Source: an uncultured Pseudomonadota bacterium (GTDB taxonomy: Bacteria > Pseudomonadota > Alphaproteobacteria > RF32 > CAG-239). From it: a DNA stretch of 64,000 nucleotides. Every line of letters starts with the position of its first letter. Position 1 is the first letter of the stretch. The position numbers were made by a program, and so were the translations under genes. The DNA is taken from the NCBI GenBank assembly GCA_949295995.1, contig CASFNK010000064.1, forward strand, positions 12,627 through 76,626, written 5' to 3'. Positions 57,861-64,000 of this stretch are shown piece by piece. The notes under the pieces are model-generated. The model was not told where the DNA came from. It did no database searches and worked only from the letters and a program-made list of their open reading frames with translations.

Positions 57861-60800
57861 GTGAAGAAAATTTGGTTGATTCTTGGGGCTGTCATTATTT
57901 TAGCCGTAGGTGGGGTATCCATATACATTTCTACAATCGACTGGAATCAGCACAAAGATAAAATAGCTGAACAGTTTAACGATATTACCGGAAAAAAAGT
58001 TGTTTTTGCCGGACCTGTCAGCTTTAATTTATTACCTTCTCCCAAGTTAACTGCTAAAAATATTAAAGTGTTTAATCAAGGTCAAACCATTAAAGACAAG
58101 CCTTTGGCGACAATTAAAAGTTTGGATGCAAATTTGTCTTTGCGCCCATTGTTGAGTGGCGATTTTGAGGTGGTTATGATGTCGTTGATTGAACCTGAAA
58201 TGTGGTTTAATGTTGAGAATGACGGAAAACTTAACTGGCAAACCCCTTTAACCGAAGCTCAAAAACAAAGTTTGGAAGATATTAAAATTTCTTTGGATAG
58301 TGTGCTGATAGAAAAAGCAAAAGTTAATTTTACCGATACAAAGCATGGCATTGATACGCATCTTGATAATTTGAATGGTGAAGTAATTGCTGAAAGTGTG
58401 TTCGGTCCGTATCGAATTGAAGGAAGTTATGTTAAAGGTAAAAATCCTGAAGGGTTTGCTATCTCTTTAGGGCAATTTTCGGAGAGTTTTGCAACCTCGG
58501 TAAATTTTGTGTTGAACCAGCCTGCTTCCCAATCTTATTTGCGTTTTGACGGTACTGTCTTGCTCAAAAACAGTGCCGTCAACGGTAACTTGATTATTGA
58601 ATCTCAAAAATTTAAAGAATTTTTTGATTCGACTCTTCCCAACCAAGTGTTAGATGAAAATTTGGATTATCCTTTGGCTTTGTCTTTGGAACTTGATACA
58701 AACAAATCTCGCGTCAGCATGTCTAATATCGTAGTGAAATTCGGTCAATCTGCCGGTGCCGGAAATATCTTAATTCCGCTGTTCGAAGATGAATTTATTA
58801 TTGATGAGAATCGTCCGATAGAACGCAGAGAAATCGAAACTGCCTTTAATATGACAGATTTGGATTTGACGCCTTGGGTGGCTCTCTTGAAAAAAGGCTT
58901 AATTTACCAAAGTCAAGCGGAAAGTACTTATCAACCTATGTTTGATTTTGATGTTTTGGCTGATTTGAAATCTATTAAAACAACTTATAACGGACAAAGT
59001 ATTAAAGATTTTGTTTTGAGTGCCGATTTTGTGGAAAATAATTTGGATATTCGTGAGTTAAGCGGTATTTTACCCGGTGAAACAAAGTTTAAGTTAAGCG
59101 GAGATGTTTTTTCTTCTGAAGAAAAGCTCACATATAACTTGAAGACAGAGCTTTCGGCTAATGATTTGCAAAAGTTTGCTGCATGGTTAGAGTATGATAT
59201 TCAGCCCGTGGCACCTTCAACTTATCGCCGCGCGGAGGTTAAAACCAGTGTTGTCGGAAATTTGAAAAATATTAAAATTTCACCCTTGGATTTGACTATT
59301 GATAAAACCGTCTTGTCGGGAGAAGTCGGGATTGTTCGCGGAGAGCGTCCGCAAATTTATGCCGCGCTTAATTCCGATAGTATTAATTTTGATAATTATA
59401 TAAAAGGATTACCTGAAGAATATCAAAATAAACCTGAAAAAGAAAAAATGGCCTATCGTTTTGCTCAGTTAAGTGATTTAAATAATTGGGATATTGATTT
59501 TAGAGGCGGTCTGGATTTGGGAATTTATGAAAATGTTCCTTTTGAAAATACCATGCTTAATTTTAAGCTCACACAAGGTGTGATGAAAATTAATCAATTT
59601 ACAATAGGAGGGGTTGGAAATGCAAAACTTTCTTTTGAAGGTGATGTGTCCGGTTTTGGAGCTCAACCTCAAGTAACGAATTTGAAGTATAGTGTTACTA
59701 CGAAAAATTTTGAAGACTTTTTAACTAAATTTGATTTACCTAAACCAAATGTTAATTTGAAAGAATTGCAAAACTTTACTTCTCAAGGAATTGTAACCGG
59801 AAGTTTTGATAAAGCTGCAATGAAAACTGTTTCAAAATTAGGAAACTGGGATATTACTTATACCGGACAAATCAGTCAAAATGATAAAGGGGCTTTTTTA
59901 GATGGAAATATTCAGTTAAAAGCACCTGATTTTGTAAAATTTGTTAATGCTCTTAATTTTAATTATCAGCCTAAAAATCAGGCTTTGGGGCTTTTAAATT
60001 TGAATGCAAAGTTGGCTAAAAATGGCGGTGTGTTTAAATTAAGTGATATGAATGCTTTTATCGGTGCAAATAATATTAAGGGTATGATTTGGGTGGATAA
60101 AAATGCTAACAAACCAAATATTGTTACTGATTTGAAGATTTCTCGGTTTGAGCCAAGCCGATTTTTCTATAATGTCGGAATTAATAAAAAAAATAGTCCG
60201 GTGATGGCAATGCGCTCGGAAAGTGATGCTCAAGCACAATTCTTAAAAAAGCCAGTACTTGATAATACTAAATTGAATTATGATTTTTATAAAACTTTTA
60301 GTTTGTCGGGTAAGTTTGTTATTGATGAATTTATTCACGATAAATATACTTTCAAAAATGCTCAATTTTCAGCTAACATTAAAGATGATAAATTGGAAAT
60401 TGGTAATTTTAGCGCAGCTTTAAATGACGGAAGGGTTGAAGGAAGTGTAAATCTTGACTTTGCTCAAAAACCCGAATTGAATTTGAATTTTAATGTTTCG
60501 GACCAAAATGTGGATAGTTATTGGAGTGGTGAAAAATATGGTTTGCGCTCCGGAAAATTTAAAGCTGAAGGTAATCTTGTGATGCCTGTTTCAGTAATGG
60601 AAGAAATGCTTACCGGAGCCAGAGGAAAAGTTAATCTTTCCGTACAGCGTCCAGTGATAAAAGGTTGGAATTTTGTAAAAATACAAGAGGATTTGAAAAC
60701 CAGAGATCGTTCTGAAGGCTTGGTTAATCTAGCGACAGATAATTTGCAATCAGGAGAAACCGTGTTTGATCGTTTTCAATCAGGGTTGATTTTTAATCAA

Positions 60801-62093
60801 GGTAACGTGGTTTTTGAAGGGGCTCAATTTGTGTCTCCGAGCGTTACTATTGATATGTCCGATGAAAGCAATTTGGAAACATGGGATATGTCTGCTGATT
60901 TTAAGGTTTCTTTACCTGAATTAACGCAAATTCCTCAATTTAGTTTTGGATTGAGCGGTAATATGGCTAATCCGGAATTAAAAGTCGATGTGAAGCCGAT
61001 TACGGATACATACGATGCAAAATGGGCTAAAGTTGAGGCTGATAAAAAAGCAGCAGAACAAGCTCGTATTGAACATTTAAGAGAATTGATGGATATGCAA
61101 CAGCAACGCGCTAAAGAAATTAAGAATACTTTGGATTTGGAGGTCGTTGCCGAATTTGACAAGTTGAGCCCAACGGCCGTTAGTGAACAGGCAAAAAATC
61201 AGTACCAGACATTGAAAGGTGAAATTGATAAAACAGCCAGTGGAATTGATGAAATTTTTACGCTTGGATTAACTCAAGAATTTGATGAATCACTTCCTCA
61301 GGCTTTATCTAAGAGAAATGAGATTTATGGGAATACGGTTGCTAATTTGAAAAAACAAATTACTCAGATTTATGTCGATGATTTGAAGTTTCAAATAAAT
61401 GATGCCTATACCAAGGTTCGAGATACATATAATCTCTCTAAAGAAAAAGCTAATACTTACAGAGATGCTTTTGCTGAATTTCCAAAAAGATTGGCTAAAA
61501 TTAAAACTGAGTATAATTTAGATACTGATAAATTAATTAATCAGTTAAAACAAGATATTGAAAATAATCTGTTATTTATTGATGGGGCTAATTCTAAAAT
61601 AGGAAAAGCCTATTTAACCCGACAAGATGAAAGAGAGGTCGAGAAGTTAAAAAGCTTTTTGGATGAAGAAAAATCTACTTTGGAAAAGATAGAAAAAGAA
61701 CTTAAAATTTTAGATGAGAATATCAAACGGTTGTTAGAATATGCTTCAGAGTCCGTCAGTTTGGAAGAAAAGTCTTATCAAGCGCGCGTAAAGGCTGCCG
61801 AACAAGCTAAAAAAGTTCAGGAAAATATCGGTAAGATTTCTAATTCGGCTGGTCAAAACAAAACGATTGTTCGTGATATTGAAGATATTGAAAAATCTGA
61901 AAAAATGTTGAGCGAGCAACCTATTCGAGTTCTTGATTTCTCTAAGGATGCGGGAGAGGGAGCAAAACCTAGAGAAAAAACAAGTGTGGAAAAGCAAAAA
62001 ACTCCTGAGAAGAAAGACGAAAGTTTAGGCTTGATAAAAAAAACGACAGGAACTATCTCTAAGGCAAGTGGTGTGATTGTAAAACAAAAATAA
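57861..62093 (+). CDS. AsmA-family outer-membrane biogenesis protein with about 370-aa C-terminal coiled-coil / Lys-Glu-rich extension
   Basis: 1410 aa, GTG start. N-terminal TM anchor plus an AsmA-like start (IYISTIDWNQHKDKIAEQFNDITGKKVVFAGPVSFNLLPSPKLTAKNIKV). Beta-rich body to about residue 1040, then a heptad-like K/E/Q-rich tail. Confidence 0.8.
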   Translation: MKKIWLILGAVIILAVGGVSIYISTIDWNQHKDKIAEQFNDITGKKVVFAGPVSFNLLPSPKLTAKNIKVFNQGQTIKDKPLATIKSLDANLSLRPLLSGDFEVVMMSLIEPEMWFNVENDGKLNWQTPLTEAQKQSLEDIKISLDSVLIEKAKVNFTDTKHGIDTHLDNLNGEVIAESVFGPYRIEGSYVKGKNPEGFAISLGQFSESFATSVNFVLNQPASQSYLRFDGTVLLKNSAVNGNLIIESQKFKEFFDSTLPNQVLDENLDYPLALSLELDTNKSRVSMSNIVVKFGQSAGAGNILIPLFEDEFIIDENRPIERREIETAFNMTDLDLTPWVALLKKGLIYQSQAESTYQPMFDFDVLADLKSIKTTYNGQSIKDFVLSADFVENNLDIRELSGILPGETKFKLSGDVFSSEEKLTYNLKTELSANDLQKFAAWLEYDIQPVAPSTYRRAEVKTSVVGNLKNIKISPLDLTIDKTVLSGEVGIVRGERPQIYAALNSDSINFDNYIKGLPEEYQNKPEKEKMAYRFAQLSDLNNWDIDFRGGLDLGIYENVPFENTMLNFKLTQGVMKINQFTIGGVGNAKLSFEGDVSGFGAQPQVTNLKYSVTTKNFEDFLTKFDLPKPNVNLKELQNFTSQGIVTGSFDKAAMKTVSKLGNWDITYTGQISQNDKGAFLDGNIQLKAPDFVKFVNALNFNYQPKNQALGLLNLNAKLAKNGGVFKLSDMNAFIGANNIKGMIWVDKNANKPNIVTDLKISRFEPSRFFYNVGINKKNSPVMAMRSESDAQAQFLKKPVLDNTKLNYDFYKTFSLSGKFVIDEFIHDKYTFKNAQFSANIKDDKLEIGNFSAALNDGRVEGSVNLDFAQKPELNLNFNVSDQNVDSYWSGEKYGLRSGKFKAEGNLVMPVSVMEEMLTGARGKVNLSVQRPVIKGWNFVKIQEDLKTRDRSEGLVNLATDNLQSGETVFDRFQSGLIFNQGNVVFEGAQFVSPSVTIDMSDESNLETWDMSADFKVSLPELTQIPQFSFGLSGNMANPELKVDVKPITDTYDAKWAKVEADKKAAEQARIEHLRELMDMQQQRAKEIKNTLDLEVVAEFDKLSPTAVSEQAKNQYQTLKGEIDKTASGIDEIFTLGLTQEFDESLPQALSKRNEIYGNTVANLKKQITQIYVDDLKFQINDAYTKVRDTYNLSKEKANTYRDAFAEFPKRLAKIKTEYNLDTDKLINQLKQDIENNLLFIDGANSKIGKAYLTRQDEREVEKLKSFLDEEKSTLEKIEKELKILDENIKRLLEYASESVSLEEKSYQARVKAAEQAKKVQENIGKISNSAGQNKTIVRDIEDIEKSEKMLSEQPIRVLDFSKDAGEGAKPREKTSVEKQKTPEKKDESLGLIKKTTGTISKASGVIVKQK

Positions 62094-62193
62094 CAGCTAA
62101 CAGTTGTTAAATTTTGATGTCCTCCTCTTGTCGAATCGTTTTTTTGTGATACAATTTAAGTATATGGTTCTATGCTGTTTCGGGAGAGTTGTC

Positions 62194-63084
62194 ATGAATA
62201 AAAAACCAGAAGTTTGTATCTTACCGGTGGCGGGATTATCAACCAGAAATTTACCGGCAACAAAGGCTTTACACAAAGGTTTCTTGACACTGCATAGTAT
62301 TCCGATTATTCAATATTCGGTAAATGCTTGCGCCGAAATCGGAATTAAAGAGATTGTTTTTATTTATAGCAGTCAATCTTCAAAAGAGTTATTCGAAACT
62401 TATTTTTCTCCCTATCCGTGGTTAGAAGAACATTTGGCTAGCCATAATAAATTAGATTTACTGCAGAAAGTTAAAGATATTATCCCAGAGGGGATGAAAT
62501 TTTCTTTTGCAGAGCAAAAAGAGCCTAAGGGTAACGGGCATGCTATTTTGATGGCTAAAGATATTGTCGGGGACAGAGATTTTGTTGTGATGTGGCCTGA
62601 TGATGTTTATGTGAATTTGCATGGAGACGGAATTCTTAAACAATTGGTCGATGTTTATGAAACTGAAGGCGGTATGGTGGAAAATATTATGGAATTTCCC
62701 AGAGAAGAAATGGTGCGTTACGGAGCTTTGGTCGGTGCCGTTCGTGATGGGCGTGTTGTTCGAGCCAAAGGTTTGGTTGAAAAACCGACTTTGGAAAATG
62801 TTCCATCTAATTATGCCAGTATGGGACCTTATATTTTGCCTAACGAAATTATGAAAATTTTACCAGAAGTCAGAAAAGGGGCAAACGGTGAGATTAATTT
62901 AACAGATGCCATGGAGTTGGCTGCACAGCGTGGAATGAAATTAACCGGCGTGTTGTGTGATGTTTTGCGTTTTGATTGCGGAACGTCTAGGGAATTAGAA
63001 CGCTCAAATCTCAAATTAAGCCTGATGCAAGATCCCGATTTGCGAGCTTATGCTTCGGAACTTTTACATACGATGTTGGTTTAG
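62194..63084 (+). CDS. galU: UTP--glucose-1-phosphate uridylyltransferase
   Basis: ATG 62194 after GGGAGAG gives MNKKPEVCILPVAGLSTRNLPATKALHKGFL.., the typical GalU N-terminus. EQKEPKGNGHA motif. The track start 62104 is probably spurious. Confidence 0.9.
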   Translation: MNKKPEVCILPVAGLSTRNLPATKALHKGFLTLHSIPIIQYSVNACAEIGIKEIVFIYSSQSSKELFETYFSPYPWLEEHLASHNKLDLLQKVKDIIPEGMKFSFAEQKEPKGNGHAILMAKDIVGDRDFVVMWPDDVYVNLHGDGILKQLVDVYETEGGMVENIMEFPREEMVRYGALVGAVRDGRVVRAKGLVEKPTLENVPSNYASMGPYILPNEIMKILPEVRKGANGEINLTDAMELAAQRGMKLTGVLCDVLRFDCGTSRELERSNLKLSLMQDPDLRAYASELLHTMLV

Positions 63085-63088
63085 GTAT

Positions 63089-63119
63089 AAAAAATCCCCG
63101 CTTAGGCGGGGATTTTTTT
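63089..63119. terminator. Bidirectional intrinsic terminator
   Basis: A5, stem ATCCCCGC / GCGGGGAT, loop TTAG, T7. Lies between convergent galU and pfk. Confidence 0.7.
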
Positions 63120-63131
63120 GTTGTTTAGGAG

Positions 63132-64000
63132 TTATTTTACTTCGCCGACATATATACCGGTTGCAACCGCTGCTTTGACATAGTCGCTGTGGGGATTTAA
63201 GAGGGTGGTGCCTTCTTTTAATACTTCTTCAATCGTTGCAGAAGATACCTTGCCATCTTTCCAAATAACCATGCGATTGGTTTCTCCTTTGTCTAGCAAT
63301 TCAATGGCTTTGGCACCGAATACGGCTGCTAAAGTGCGGTCAAAAGCGGTCGGCGCACCGGCACGTTGAACATGGCCTAAACGAGTAACACGGGTTTGGA
63401 ATTCAGTGTAGCGTTTGTTAATTTCAGCACTCAGGTAATCTCCAATACCGCCATAAACTTTTTCGCCAATCAAGTTTTTAGCACCGACGATGTGTTCACC
63501 GTTTTCGTTTTTGATACCTTCAGAAACAACAATAACGGCGTGATTGCGACCAGAGGATTTGATTGATTTTAGTTTTTCAATAATAGAATCGATTTTGTAA
63601 GGAATCTCCGGAACCAAGCAAACGTCAGCTTGTCCTGCCAAGGCTGCATGCATTGCTAAGTGGCCGGCATCTCGTCCCATAACTTCCAAAATCAAAGCAC
63701 GATGATGTGAACGGGCGGTTAAATTCAGGCTGTCAACAGCTTCCATGCAGACTTGAACGGCTGAGTTAAAACCAACGGAAAATTCGGTAACAGGTGTATC
63801 GTTATCAATGGTTTTGGGAATGCCAACCATTTTAATTCCTGCACCTTTGCAGTAGTTGCCGCAAATGTTCATGCTGCCGTCGCCACCGATAACAACAATT
63901 GCATCTAAGCCTAATTCTTTAACGCCACGACCAAATTTGGCAGACATTTCCTCCAAAGATTCCATTTTAACACCTTTATTCAAGGAGCCAAGGTAAGAAC
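63132..64000 (-). CDS. pfkA: 6-phosphofructokinase (N-terminus beyond the window edge)
   Basis: The reading frame stays open to nt 64000. Motifs IVVIGGDGS, GIPKTIDND, EVMGRDAGHLA, VIVVSEG, and RVTRLGHVQRAG. Confidence 0.9.
   Translation of the reverse strand, partial: SYLGSLNKGVKMESLEEMSAKFGRGVKELGLDAIVVIGGDGSMNICGNYCKGAGIKMVGIPKTIDNDTPVTEFSVGFNSAVQVCMEAVDSLNLTARSHHRALILEVMGRDAGHLAMHAALAGQADVCLVPEIPYKIDSIIEKLKSIKSSGRNHAVIVVSEGIKNENGEHIVGAKNLIGEKVYGGIGDYLSAEINKRYTEFQTRVTRLGHVQRAGAPTAFDRTLAAVFGAKAIELLDKGETNRMVIWKDGKVSSATIEEVLKEGTTLLNPHSDYVKAAVATGIYVGEVK

Noticed and set aside
1-64000. A search by eye for CRISPR arrays, tRNA or rRNA genes, long tandem repeats and REP-like dispersed repeats.
   Set aside because: No regularly spaced direct repeats, cloverleaf-capable 70-90-nt segments or rRNA-like conserved stretches were seen in any intergenic region. 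The only repeated structures are terminator hairpins. A tRNAscan/Infernal run would be needed to be certain.

Overview
AT-rich chromosomal window, most likely from a low-GC alphaproteobacterium. Supporting evidence: a GapR/DUF2312 gene, rpsM-rpsK-rpoA-rplQ without rpsD, a C-minus L36 encoded away from secY, and a split pntAA/pntAB/pntB. The first 17 kb is the S10/spc/alpha ribosomal-protein superoperon (rplC to rplQ, with secY and adk). It is unusual because two normally invariant junctions are broken. rplO|secY and rpoA|rplQ each carry an intrinsic terminator plus about 2 kb of inserted orphan genes. Each insert includes one copy of a paralogous, apparently cytoplasmic DUF1566-like protein. 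Next comes an accessory-looking block (17.2-26.3 kb). It holds a four-repeat orphan protein, two alpha-helical orphan proteins and a group-B-like [FeFe] hydrogenase. Divergent from the hydrogenase is an operon encoding a sensor-less hybrid histidine kinase/receiver and two tandem paralogues that look like catalytically dead GGDEF-EAL proteins. This operon is my best candidate for an undescribed signalling module. The remainder is mostly housekeeping:
- peptidoglycan recycling (ldcA, mpl-like ligase, AmpD-like amidase, pgeF)
- TetR plus HExxH membrane proteins
- pntAA-pntAB-pntB and a split chromate-transporter pair
- gapR, pyk, rpmJ (missed by the ORF track), ettA, a GNAT, lepA, a HAD hydrolase
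- an orphan tolB, ruvX, and a B12-binding radical SAM gene interrupted by one in-frame TGA
- a djlA-like gene and a nucleoside catabolism cluster (cdd-punA-deoC-deoA, then deoB-pgeF) split by an EptA-like transferase
- a 1410-aa AsmA-like protein with a long coiled-coil tail, galU, and a partial pfk
I found no rRNA, tRNA, CRISPR array, transposase or integrase. All calls rest on reading the translations and the DNA by eye; no database search was run.
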